This document shows, one piece after another, positions 1 through 10,035 of a stretch of DNA of 64,000 bases; positions within the stretch are counted from its first letter, which is position 1, and every line of letters begins with the position of its first letter. The stretch covers positions 91,988 through 155,987 of the forward strand of contig JAFLBG010000001.1 in assembly GCA_017303975.1 (NCBI GenBank), in the 5' to 3' direction. A program made the translations under genes and the position numbers. Under the pieces are notes generated by a model, which was not told where the DNA came from, searched no databases, and saw only the letters and a list, made by a program, of their open reading frames with translations. The stretch is from Bacteroidota bacterium (GTDB taxonomy: Bacteria > Bacteroidota > Bacteroidia > JAFLBG01).

Positions 1-1410
1 TATAGGTAGTTGCGGTAAAGCTTGCTACAGGCACAGCTGTTGGTGTATATGTAAGTTTAACATTGTCTACATAAATATTATTCCCTTTATTTCCTACACT
101 TACAATTCTTACTTTCACATTACTAGCACTAGAGTATGCGGCAAGGTTAATAGTTTCTTTACGCCACTGTGAGCTAGTAGGTTTGAAGGATGCATTAGTA
201 GCAGGAGCAGTTTTAAGAGAGCTTCCTCCTTTAGCATATACTTGCTGCCAAGTATTGCTACAATCTGTATTTATGAAAATAAGTAACGAATCTTTTTTGA
301 TTCCTCGTTGTGCATAAGCTACATCAAATGTTAGTGCCAGAGAGTTGTTGGCTCCTGAAACATTTACATATGGCGTTTCTAACGCATCCTGTTGTTTGTT
401 TACAGCATTGGTGCTGTGGTGTGTAATAACCGCGCAGCTGGTGCTTGTTCCAAACGCACCAACACCGGTAACACGTTTCCATTTGTTATTTGTTACGGGT
501 GGCGTGTATTTCCAGCCGGTAGGAATGAATGTGGTGGAAGAAAATCCTTCGTTAAATGGCAAGCTGGCTGTATTTGTGGGTTGAGTAACTTTTGTTAGAA
601 CTGTACCCATTGTTGAAGTGCAGCCTTTTGCATCCGTTACTTTCAAAACATATGTACCGGGATAAGCTGTATTAAGGTTTGGAGTTGTATTCCCATTGTT
701 CCATTCATATTGAAAAGGTGCTGTCCCTGATATAATAGTGCTTTTAATTTTTCCTTTTGGCATATTATTACAAGGATTTATAGGTGTGGTAGATAAACTA
801 AAGTCTAATACACATGCTAGAGATGTGGTTGAGCCTGCCAATACATGTGTATTGTGTGTTGTTTCCCAGCCAACATTTACAATATCCAAATATCCACCAC
901 CAGAAACAACATCTGCATGTATCTCAATCCACCCGTAATGAAAGGTGCCATCACCGGCAAGGAACTTTACAAATATATACGGCCTAACGTTAGATGGTGA
1001 TTGAAACCAGTTATACAGATAATTATTGGCGATTGAATAATAGTCGGAACCACTTCCCCAACCAGTTGACAGTTGACTACTCGAAAAGCTGCTCGAGTTT
1101 GTATTGGTTGGATATGCAGCTGCGGCTTTTTTTTGTGTAGTGCCATCATAATAGCTACCAACAAGCCCACTAGAAACAGAGTTGATGCTATTAATCGATT
1201 TTATTCCAACAAAATATTCGTAGGATCCCTGATATAAATCCGGAAAATAGGAGACCGTAAATTTATAGTCAGATGTGCCATCACTGTCAATGTCTACGCT
1301 AATAGACTCATTGGTGTTTAAGCGAATATTAAGGTTTTTTACTTGAACACTGCTGCTTAGTTTTAATGAAACTAAAAGCAGCAAAAATAATTGGGTTGTT
1401 TTTGCTTTCA
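1..1410 (-). CDS. Secreted multidomain surface protein, N-terminal part (partial: start codon at 1410, C-terminus lies beyond the window edge)
   Basis: Open minus-strand frame with no stop from 1410 to the window edge, which is probably why it is absent from the complete-ORF track. ATG at 1408-1410 encodes MKAKTTQLFLLLLVSLKLSS, a signal peptide. The body is Thr/Ser/Asn/Gly-rich beta-type sequence with WxxG/PKD-like motifs, similar to the other T9SS cargo proteins in the window. Only short ORFs occupy the other frames. Confidence 0.5.
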
Positions 1411-1626
1411 TGATATTATTTTTTAACTGGTTAAGTTGCCGCAAAACTATTCTCTTTATAACCACAATTCAAGAAAATGTGATGGGCGTTGTTCTTGGGT
1501 TTTTGCAATTAAGCATTTGGCAATGGTTGACTTTCAGGCAATTGTGAATTAGGGTTGTTCCGATTCTCTATTTTGATTTTCACTATTATATTTGACAGAT
1601 AGTAAGTAAATTTCCAGTAAAACCAA

Positions 1627-3141
1627 TTGCAACCAATGTCTGTGGTATCGCCTTTATTTAATCTTATACATAAACTATCTGTATATGAGCGCAATGAAAT
1701 AAAAAAATCAATAGAGCCTAAATCGCATCTGTTGTTGCTATTCAATTATTTAGTGAAAGCAAAAAATTATGATGAGAAATTATTGATGAAGGATAATCCC
1801 TTTGTTTTTAATAATGGGTATTTACGGAAATTAAAGTCTGCACTTAACAAACATATTTTAGATACTCTTGTAATTACAAATTCGTCTCAACAAGCAATAC
1901 ACGAGCTTACATTAGAGTACATGAGAGCCTCTGTGCTAGTTGAAAAGGGGCTTTTCGCAGACGCAAATAAAATATTAAATGAAGTAGTAGAGCAATGTAA
2001 AACTCACGGAGCATATCAACTTAACATAATGTGTTATGAGTTGCAGCTTATAACAGAACTGGCTAACAGCCCAACCATTGAGAGTTTAAAAGACAAAGCG
2101 AAAATAATGTCTTCAAGAATTGCCTATTGCTCTTCGCAAACGGGACTTCTATTCGATTTAAATTTTTTTAGAATACACAAATACAAGCAAATTGTAGATA
2201 TAAAAAATTACGAAGAGTGGATAGAAGAAATTCTTGCTAAACAGAAAGATGTAAAAGGAGAAAGAGAAAAACAGGCTTGTTATTTTCTATTAGGTACACT
2301 TTATTTTGATATCGGAAATATAAAGAAAGCACTGTCGGCTATTATGCATGCAAAAAAACTGGCATATCACCATGTACAAGTCACACACAGCTCTATAGAC
2401 TTGTATTATTATACCCTTATTATCTCGAAGCAATTGCGCTTATTAAGTAAATACAATTTATTTGGGAAGCAGTGGCAAAAATCGATGGAGGAGTTAAGTG
2501 TATTGAACAAAGATTTGATAACAAAAAAAATACATACGTTTTATGTTGAGCAAACGCAGGAAATCATTGATATAAACAATAGTCTATTTTATTATAAAAC
2601 AGGACGTCTTGACGAGCTTATTTATTTTATTGAAAAGAAATTTGTTAAACGTACCTACAACTTAACCGTTAGGAATTATTACGATCTTTTTAAATATGCC
2701 TGTATTGCGCATATGATAAAAGGTAACTATAACAAAGCCTACTATTGGGTAAATAAATTAACGGAATTGAACTCTCAACTTCATATGAATATGTCAATCA
2801 ATACCAATCTATTGCACTTGGCTATTCTTAATGAGTCAGCCATGTATAATTTAGAGTTGGAGGTTAAGAATGCGGATTATTTTATTAAAAAAAATAAAAT
2901 TTCCAATTGGCAATTGGTTGATTTTGTTGAGATACTTAAGGCATCAATAAAGCAAAAATCCGATGAGCAAATAAAAAAAATGTGGATTGATTTTGAATCG
3001 AGATTACTTAATAAAGGAGATAAAAAAAGTCAATCTTTTGTAAGCGATGATTGGTTGCCTTTTTATGTGAGAAGCAAAATTACAGAGCAGACTTTTTTAG
3101 AAATTTACACACAAGCAGCATCGTCTAACAGAATCAATTAA
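1627..3141 (+). CDS. Hypothetical alpha-helical protein (504 aa)
   Basis: Long ORF with Lys/Glu/Leu-rich helical composition and no recognisable catalytic motifs. The start may lie at a downstream Met. Confidence 0.45.
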   Translation: MQPMSVVSPLFNLIHKLSVYERNEIKKSIEPKSHLLLLFNYLVKAKNYDEKLLMKDNPFVFNNGYLRKLKSALNKHILDTLVITNSSQQAIHELTLEYMRASVLVEKGLFADANKILNEVVEQCKTHGAYQLNIMCYELQLITELANSPTIESLKDKAKIMSSRIAYCSSQTGLLFDLNFFRIHKYKQIVDIKNYEEWIEEILAKQKDVKGEREKQACYFLLGTLYFDIGNIKKALSAIMHAKKLAYHHVQVTHSSIDLYYYTLIISKQLRLLSKYNLFGKQWQKSMEELSVLNKDLITKKIHTFYVEQTQEIIDINNSLFYYKTGRLDELIYFIEKKFVKRTYNLTVRNYYDLFKYACIAHMIKGNYNKAYYWVNKLTELNSQLHMNMSINTNLLHLAILNESAMYNLELEVKNADYFIKKNKISNWQLVDFVEILKASIKQKSDEQIKKMWIDFESRLLNKGDKKSQSFVSDDWLPFYVRSKITEQTFLEIYTQAASSNRIN

Positions 3142-3149
3142 GTTGTATT

Positions 3150-3635
3150 GTGGAAAAACCATTAATAAATAAAAAATACACATTAGAAAAATTCCATGGC
3201 AAAGGAGGTTGGACCTTTGCGCGTATACCCGAAATTAAACAAGACAAAAAAGCACACTTTGGTTGGAGAAAGGTTAAAGGAACTATTGATGGTTATGAGA
3301 TAAAAAAATACCATTTGATGCCAATGGGTAATGGAATGCTCTTTTTACCTGTGAGAGCGGAGATTCGAAAAAAAATTGGGAAGAAAGAAGGAGATAGTGT
3401 TCATGTAATTTTGTATCCCGACAATGAACCCTTAGAAGTACCGGAGGAAATGTTGCTTTGTATGCAAGATGAACCGGAAGCGTTGCGCTTTTTCAATTCA
3501 ATATCTGAAAGCGAGCGTAAATACTATATACAATGGATTTATTCGGCTAAGAAAGAGGAAACAAAAATAAATAGGCTAGCAAAAACAATCAATAGACTAT
3601 TTAAAGGAATGAAAATGTATGATAAAGAAGAATAA
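3150..3635 (+). CDS. DUF1905 + YdeI/OmpD-associated (DUF1801-like) family protein
   Basis: 161 aa. N-terminal 'KGGWTFARIP...GYEIKKYHLMPMGNGMLFLPV' fits DUF1905. C-terminal 'EPEALRFFNSISESERKYYIQWIYSAKKEETKINRLAKTI' fits the YdeI/OmpD-associated bacteriocin-protection family. Confidence 0.7.
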   Translation: MEKPLINKKYTLEKFHGKGGWTFARIPEIKQDKKAHFGWRKVKGTIDGYEIKKYHLMPMGNGMLFLPVRAEIRKKIGKKEGDSVHVILYPDNEPLEVPEEMLLCMQDEPEALRFFNSISESERKYYIQWIYSAKKEETKINRLAKTINRLFKGMKMYDKEE

Positions 3636-3679
3636 AAATCTATTTAGAATACCGTATTAAAATTTACTCGCAAAAAAAT

Positions 3680-4156
3680 ATGCAACCAAGAATTGAAACG
3701 CTAAAAGAAAAAAAGCTCATTGGTAAAAATTTGAAAGTTTCCCTAACCAATAATAAAACTGTAGAACTGTGGCGTAGTTTTATGCCAAGGCGAAAAGAAA
3801 TAACGAATAATTTGACTACGGAACTGTTTTCCTTGCAAGTTTATGAGCCTTCCTATTTTGATAATTTTAATCCAAGTACAGAATTTGAAAAGTGGGCGTT
3901 AATTGAAGTTCCAGACTTTGAGAAAATTCCCGAAGGAATGCAAGCTTTCACCTTAGTAAGTGGACTGTATGCAGTTTTTTATTACAAAGGATTAAATACA
4001 GATACTAAAATATTTGAATACATTTTTGGAACTTGGCTGCCGAGTTCGGTCTACGTATTAGACCAAAGGCCTCATTTTGAAATAATGGGAGAAAAATATA
4101 AAAATGCCGATCCAAATTCGGAGGAAGAAATTTGGATACCTATAAAACCGAAGTAG
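3680..4156 (+). CDS. GyrI-like small-molecule-binding domain protein (AraC effector-binding fold)
   Basis: 158 aa, two-lobed GyrI-like pattern ('KLIGKNLKVSL...ELWRSFMPRRKEI' and 'YAVFYYKGLNTD...IFGTWLPSS...HFEIMGEKY'). Confidence 0.6.
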   Translation: MQPRIETLKEKKLIGKNLKVSLTNNKTVELWRSFMPRRKEITNNLTTELFSLQVYEPSYFDNFNPSTEFEKWALIEVPDFEKIPEGMQAFTLVSGLYAVFYYKGLNTDTKIFEYIFGTWLPSSVYVLDQRPHFEIMGEKYKNADPNSEEEIWIPIKPK

Positions 4157-4198
4157 TAACACGGTTTATTCTATTGCATTTGTATTAGTAATAAAAAG

Positions 4199-6280
4199 CT
4201 ATCGAAGCAACGACACGTGTCCCACATACGAATGGCGTCCATCAAATACGTCTAAAACAGCGGCCTTCCAAACATATACATCCTCTTGTGCAAGCGCAGA
4301 TCCATTATTTGCCTTTCCATTCCAAGGAATTGATTTTTCGGGAGATTCTGTTTGTCCTGTTGTATAAACGATGTTTCCCCATCTGTCAAAAATCCATAAT
4401 TGGTATTCTTTTATTCCCATTCCCACACCGTTAAATCCATCGTTATCTAAATCACCGTTAGGGGTAAAACAATTGGGCGCAAAGAAAGTAAAGGTTGGCT
4501 TTACTGTTATTTTTTTTACAGCAGAATCCTTGCAACCAAACTCATTTATTACATAAAGTGTGGTGGTGTATGTTTCTTGTTCGTTAGGATTCTCTAGATA
4601 TGGGAAAATGTGTTTAGGATTAGTTGTAGTAGAATCAACCATTCCATCGCCAAAGTGCCAATAAAATTTAGTTACCCCTGATGATTGGTCTGTATATAAA
4701 ACGGTTGGATCCAAATTGTCGGTTTCACTTGGGTTAATTGTGAAATCGGCATTTGGTATCGGGTATACTGTAATATAATTATTGATATTAAATGTTTGTG
4801 TACAACTCTTGTCTGATGTAACAGTTAACCCTATTCTGTAGCTGCCATCATTTGCAAAACAATGATTGGGATTGGGTTGAAAAGAAGTATTTCCATCTCC
4901 AAAATCCCAAACCCAATTATTTATCGAACCACTATTAATTACTGTCTGGTTTGAAAAGTCTGTGCAAAGCGGCATGCAGCCGGCTAATTTATTTGCAGAA
5001 AAATTTACAATCGCAGTGTCATACACATCTACAATTTTCAGTAAAGAATCTTTACAACCAAAATCACTTTCTACCACCAACTTAACAGTGTATGGGCCGG
5101 AGCCTGTATAGTTGTAATTTCCGTTTTGTGTAGTTAAACTATTGCCATCACCTAGCGACCAATTCCAGCCATTGATGGAGCCATTTGTAATGGAAGATTG
5201 ATCGGTTAAAACAGTTTGTTTTCCTAAGCAAACAGAGGGTGCTGTAAATGCAGCAACAGGAACATCATGTGCCGGAGGAAGCGTGTATGCATAGTTGTAG
5301 GAGCTCACACAAGAAATAAATGGAGTGCATACCAATTGAAAATTACCGGGAACGTTTGTGGTGATACATTGATTTGTTGTATTGATAGGGGTTCCGTTAG
5401 GATCTGTCCATGCATAGTTTTGCATGCCGGCCGGACCACAAATGGTGGTAACACTGTTTCCGCAAAACTCATCTGTTTGCAATACTTTGTTGGCCGGAGC
5501 ACATTCTGCATCTATATAGCAATAAGCCCAATCCACATTATAGACGCACCAGTCGTTAATTACTTCAATAGTTACAGTTTGGTTAACAAAAGGAGTTAAA
5601 TCAATATTTATATTTTGCCATGGAACATAACTTACGGTAAACATTTGTCCCATGGTATTTGGAGCTTGTATTGTTGATGTTGAAAAATTAGGAACACCAA
5701 CGGGCCCTGTTTGTGTAGAATAAAAGCAATCGTAATTAATACAAGAAATAACAGTTCCGGAAGCATCTTTAAATCTTATTTTTAAGCGTGCCGCCTCCGA
5801 TTGCGAGTGAGGATAATTTAAAATACACAAGGCAAATTTTAAAATGAACACAGGTGTTGCTGGGTTTACGATAAATGTTTGCGTTGCCATCGAATTTTGC
5901 ACAACATTAATATCACCCAACTTCAAAGAAAAATTTCCACCAGGACAAACAACGGGAAATCCGCAATAGGGGTCTGTTCCATTGCCTGATGTAATATTGC
6001 TGGGACCTGTAACTGTCCAACCATTTGTATTGCCATATTCAAAGTCCATGTTGGTACAAGAAGCCAATGGCGCTACATTACCGTTGTTTTTGTAGCTAGC
6101 CTGTTCTTGTTTGTTTTTATTGGCTGCGTTAATTTTTTGAATGTAACCCGGGATTAAAGAATCTGGTATTCCATGTTCTTTAAGATGTTTGGCACATCCA
6201 TCGTTGTCAAAATTTGTTGTTGTACTTAATAGTATACTAGAAGTAAACAACAGCAATAAGGCTGGTGTGGTTGCTTTCAT
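4199..6280 (-). CDS. T9SS type-B C-terminal sorting domain protein with three PKD-like domains (secreted adhesin-like)
   Basis: Signal peptide MKATTPALLLLFTSSILLS. Three W.FGDG PKD motifs. C-terminus 'FTPNGDLDNDGF...QLWIFDRWGNIVYTTG...WNGK...YVWK...GHVSLLR' is the classic TIGR04131 gliding-motility-associated CTD. Confidence 0.85.
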   Translation of the reverse strand: MKATTPALLLLFTSSILLSTTTNFDNDGCAKHLKEHGIPDSLIPGYIQKINAANKNKQEQASYKNNGNVAPLASCTNMDFEYGNTNGWTVTGPSNITSGNGTDPYCGFPVVCPGGNFSLKLGDINVVQNSMATQTFIVNPATPVFILKFALCILNYPHSQSEAARLKIRFKDASGTVISCINYDCFYSTQTGPVGVPNFSTSTIQAPNTMGQMFTVSYVPWQNINIDLTPFVNQTVTIEVINDWCVYNVDWAYCYIDAECAPANKVLQTDEFCGNSVTTICGPAGMQNYAWTDPNGTPINTTNQCITTNVPGNFQLVCTPFISCVSSYNYAYTLPPAHDVPVAAFTAPSVCLGKQTVLTDQSSITNGSINGWNWSLGDGNSLTTQNGNYNYTGSGPYTVKLVVESDFGCKDSLLKIVDVYDTAIVNFSANKLAGCMPLCTDFSNQTVINSGSINNWVWDFGDGNTSFQPNPNHCFANDGSYRIGLTVTSDKSCTQTFNINNYITVYPIPNADFTINPSETDNLDPTVLYTDQSSGVTKFYWHFGDGMVDSTTTNPKHIFPYLENPNEQETYTTTLYVINEFGCKDSAVKKITVKPTFTFFAPNCFTPNGDLDNDGFNGVGMGIKEYQLWIFDRWGNIVYTTGQTESPEKSIPWNGKANNGSALAQEDVYVWKAAVLDVFDGRHSYVGHVSLLR

Positions 6281-6520
6281 AAGAACTTATGGGTTAAGTT
6301 TGATATTTAATATACCAAACAAAATGTGTTAAGTCAAAACACAAAATCGATAATCGTTGGTTTCAAAAAGTAGTTTTTTCTACCACTTATAATTTATTTT
6401 ATTGAAAAACAGCGTGTTGCGAATAAAGTATTGTTGTAAATGATGGTTTTTACCAAATTGTCTATTTGATAAATTAAACCAAATGACTTAACTTAAGTCA
6501 AACAACAAAACAGATAGAAT

Positions 6521-7060
6521 ATGAAAAATACAGTAATGCAAGTTGCGGCAGCAATTATGTTTTTATTTTGTGCCAATGTAAGTATTGCACAGTCGGATGC
6601 AGCATCAGGAAATGCAGCTCAAAACAGAGCTGTTGCCTCAGGACAAATGAAACGCCCTCCAATAACCAAACCGAAAACAAAAGCCTTTTTAAGACGAACA
6701 GCTGTTGTTATACAAGCAGCAAAAGCTCAAGTGCAAAAAAATAAAAATTTCACAGGCGATTTATCAAAGGCAATTTCTCATCAGCGTTACGCAAAGCAAC
6801 TATATGCAAAAGGTATGTTGGTGCGTGCTGTACAACACTCTAAAATTGCAAGAATTTATACCAAAAAAGCAATAGCGGCTAATAAAGGAAATGAAACAGA
6901 AGAGTCTAGATTTACAGCCGAGGAAAACGAATTATTAGTTAACGCCCCCAAAGACGAGGAACTAACAGCTGATTTAACTAAACAAGGTTTAGCGCCTTCG
7001 AAAGATGAAGATGTGGTGTCTAAAGATGATTTGGATATTGATTTAAGTGATAAAGAATAA
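6521..7060 (+). CDS. Secreted Lys-rich hypothetical protein
   Basis: Signal peptide with AQ-S cleavage context, basic N-half, acidic C-tail. A terminator hairpin follows. Confidence 0.5.
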   Translation: MKNTVMQVAAAIMFLFCANVSIAQSDAASGNAAQNRAVASGQMKRPPITKPKTKAFLRRTAVVIQAAKAQVQKNKNFTGDLSKAISHQRYAKQLYAKGMLVRAVQHSKIARIYTKKAIAANKGNETEESRFTAEENELLVNAPKDEELTADLTKQGLAPSKDEDVVSKDDLDIDLSDKE

Positions 7061-7082
7061 GAGATAAAATACGTTAATGTGA

Positions 7083-7110
7083 GGGGGCTTTTTTCGAGCC
7101 CCCTTTTTTA
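7083..7110 (+). terminator. Rho-independent terminator between convergent genes
   Basis: GGGGGCT-tttttcg-AGCCCCC stem (7 bp) followed by TTTTTT on +. An A-tract precedes it, so it may serve the minus-strand gene as well, although the minus-strand downstream tract is not U-rich. Confidence 0.6.
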
Positions 7111-7128
7111 TTAAACGTTTTTCAAGAA

Positions 7129-9333
7129 CTACCTTAATAAGCTAACACAACCCATAACAGTTTTACTTTTATTTGTGAGTGCGTTGTTAAAATCTATTTT
7201 ATATATGTAAGTATCAATCTGACATAATCTGTTGTTGTAATACCCGTTCCAACCATCAGTGGTGTTGGTTGTTTCAAATACTTTATTTCCCCACCTATCA
7301 AAAATTCTGAATATATAGTTATTTACAACGCCAGAAATTTTCGGTGCAAATACTTCATTTTGCCCATTGTTATTAGGGGTAAAGGCGTTGGGTACGTATA
7401 ATACATAGTCTGAATCAACTTCTATTGTTACATCTGATGTGTCCGAGCAGATGGAGTCGGTCATTACAATTTGGCGAGCTCTATAAATACCGGCTTCTGT
7501 ATAACTGTGTTTTTCTGATAGAAAATCACACACATTGATAGATGTCCCATCCCCAAAATCTAAAAGACAATTTGTTCCATTTGAGCTTAGATCTGTAAAT
7601 GTTATATCTGGCTCTACCATGTTTGTAAATAATGGTGTGGCGGTAACACTTGCTGTTGGCATTTTAAAAACAGTTATTAAACTGTCCAATTTAAAATCAA
7701 ATACTTTGTTGCACCCAAAATTATTTGTGGCTAATATTTGTAAGCTAGCATTGTAAATCCCCGGAACATATGTATGTGCTACGGATGAAAGTTGAGAAGA
7801 GTCTCCATCTCCGAAATTCCAATGGTAGTTTAGTATGTTGCCGGAAGCATTTGTGGTGTCAACAAAATTGACGGTAAAAGGAGCGCACCCTTTTAATTTT
7901 TTCATTTTGAAATCCGCTGTTGCCATTGGATTTATTGTAACTGTTTTTGTCAGCACCTTTGTACAACCATTTTCCGATAAGGTAACTTTTACAATTTTGT
8001 TACCAGTTGAAGAATAGCTCACGCCACCAGGAGAATCAGCGGTAGAGCTTGCCGGTGTGGCAGATGTTCCAAAATTCCAACTATAATCTGTTGTGGGTGC
8101 ACCTTGCACAGGACCCGCAATTGAAAACCCAAAGCTATTTCCTGTTAAGCATTGTGGGGCGGGAGCGGTAAGTGTTGGGGAGAATAAAGGATATACTTTG
8201 AATGTTTTTTTTGTAGTTACCGAGCAAGAATCAAATTGGTCTCCGGTTAATGTAACGGTGTATGTACCTGGGTTGTTGTATGTATAGGATGGGTTTACGA
8301 AGTGAGATGTGTCGTTAGTTAAATTTACATCTCCAAAATCCCAGTGGTATTTAGTAATATTTGTACTCGTGCTAAAAAAATTAATTGTTAATCCCGAGCA
8401 AAATGTTTGTTGAGCCTGAATGCTAATAACTTTAGTAGGAGCACAGCTTACAACATTGAACTGAAAATCACGTTTGTTGATGCACAGTAAATTACCATTA
8501 CGGTATTCTTTTACGCAAACAGCAATAACATATTGCCCAGTATTATTTGGGGTACCAGCAATTAATCCTGTTTGGGGGTTAATTGAAAATGCAGATGATG
8601 CACCAAATGGTTTGATAGCAGAATATCCGCCTACATAGCTAACACTACTATAGGGTGGATTAAATGGGGGCTGTGGCATAGGGGTATAAGAATTGGCACC
8701 ATCAAACGGATTGCAGAGTTCATATGCCAGCGAATCTCCATCTGGATCGGTTGCTTCATGATCAAAAGAAAAAGGTTTTCCGGCACATAAATATATAGGC
8801 GGAAAGCTATTGTAATATGCACTACTATTTATTCCTAATGATGTATCTGGTATTGTAATTTGATATGTTGCACCAGTGCTGCCAGGACTAGAAAGATTAG
8901 AAATGGTGTTATTGCGACAACATCTTTGATACACAATGTTGTAACCGCCTGCAATTGGAGGAAGGTTAATTGTTGCTGTATAAATAGCCTCTTCTACGCA
9001 AACATTAGATGTTGACTTTACGCAAGGGTAGTTTAATACCGAAGGCACATTTATTGAATTGAATTGGTATGGTATAAGTATAGAATCAACCAGTGTGTTC
9101 GATGAATTAAATATTCCTATTGCAGCTAGTGTATCGTAGGGGGCTTGCCCATTTATACAATCCCTATACAACTTAAGTGTAATCAAGTAATTATTATTTC
9201 CTTGGGAGGTGTAATAAATCTCACCACCAACAATGTGTGTGGCTTTACTTTCAAACATAAGTAATAGAAAGAATACAAATGCAAGTATTGTTTTTAATGC
9301 TTTCATGGGTTTTGGGTGGTTAAGTTGTAGCAA
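7129..9333 (-). CDS. T9SS type-B C-terminal sorting domain protein with PKD-like domains
   Basis: Signal peptide MKALKTILAFVFFLLLMF. Several W.FGDG motifs. C-terminus 'FTPNNNGQNEVF...IFDRWGNKVFETT...WNG...YIYK...GCVSLLR' (TIGR04131-like). Confidence 0.85.
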   Translation of the reverse strand: MLQLNHPKPMKALKTILAFVFFLLLMFESKATHIVGGEIYYTSQGNNNYLITLKLYRDCINGQAPYDTLAAIGIFNSSNTLVDSILIPYQFNSINVPSVLNYPCVKSTSNVCVEEAIYTATINLPPIAGGYNIVYQRCCRNNTISNLSSPGSTGATYQITIPDTSLGINSSAYYNSFPPIYLCAGKPFSFDHEATDPDGDSLAYELCNPFDGANSYTPMPQPPFNPPYSSVSYVGGYSAIKPFGASSAFSINPQTGLIAGTPNNTGQYVIAVCVKEYRNGNLLCINKRDFQFNVVSCAPTKVISIQAQQTFCSGLTINFFSTSTNITKYHWDFGDVNLTNDTSHFVNPSYTYNNPGTYTVTLTGDQFDSCSVTTKKTFKVYPLFSPTLTAPAPQCLTGNSFGFSIAGPVQGAPTTDYSWNFGTSATPASSTADSPGGVSYSSTGNKIVKVTLSENGCTKVLTKTVTINPMATADFKMKKLKGCAPFTVNFVDTTNASGNILNYHWNFGDGDSSQLSSVAHTYVPGIYNASLQILATNNFGCNKVFDFKLDSLITVFKMPTASVTATPLFTNMVEPDITFTDLSSNGTNCLLDFGDGTSINVCDFLSEKHSYTEAGIYRARQIVMTDSICSDTSDVTIEVDSDYVLYVPNAFTPNNNGQNEVFAPKISGVVNNYIFRIFDRWGNKVFETTNTTDGWNGYYNNRLCQIDTYIYKIDFNNALTNKSKTVMGCVSLLR

Positions 9334-9755
9334 ATGTATGCTGGTGATACCTTTGGTGTCAAATCAAATTTTATCGCAGATTGGAGATTGAATCTCCAAC
9401 AAAAAATATAACAAGCTGATTGTGAGGAATAGATTGTTGAACTTGTGTAGGGCAGATTGGAGATTGATGGGTTTGAAATTGTTTTGAAAATATTTTCATT
9501 CTTACTTGCTAGAAAGAAACAAATTGGATTTCCTGTTAATATGCACTTTGCAGTTTTGGTTAGTCTGTTTTGTGTAGTGCCCACCCCTATTGAATGGATG
9601 GCTATTTTACTATGTTTTGATAAATAAAATAAAGTATGTTTTACATCAGTAATTATTGATGTAATTTTTGAATTAATGCTTGTTATAGAATTCGCATTAA
9701 TACTATATAATAACAATAAACAAACGCAAATACTTGCGTTTAATTTTGCTTTCAT
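9303..9755 (-). pseudogene. Doubtful ORF / possible remnant of a signal-peptide N-terminus
   Basis: Starts MKAKLNASICVCLLLLYS, signal-peptide-like and very similar to the N-termini of the neighbouring cargo genes. The remainder is low-complexity. It runs through the 16-nt direct repeat GCAGATTGGAGATTGA (x2) and overlaps the start of the 7129..9333 gene. Probably a relic or leader region rather than a functional gene. Confidence 0.2.
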
Positions 9756-10035
9756 GGGTTAGTTGAAGCTTAATTAAGTTGTGGCGAAATTATTTTAATA
9801 AACAATACCACGCAAAAAAAAATCACAATAATATTTCAATTTAAAAGCACATTATTTTATATAAATGGTTGTTATACAAATATTTACAATAAATAATATT
9901 TTGTATAAATGGTATAATACAAGCTAATTCATACCTGACAAATACGTTTTTTTTGCGATTTTTTTATTTTCGGTTTATTCGAATAGTCAATCTGGTAGGT
10001 GCAGTCGCTTAACAAATGGAATCTTAATAGGAAAA

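Noticed and set aside
345-938. Short + strand ORFs (345..584, 392..598, 738..938)
   Set aside because: They are antisense to the long open minus-strand frame of the partial surface-protein gene. Low-complexity translations.
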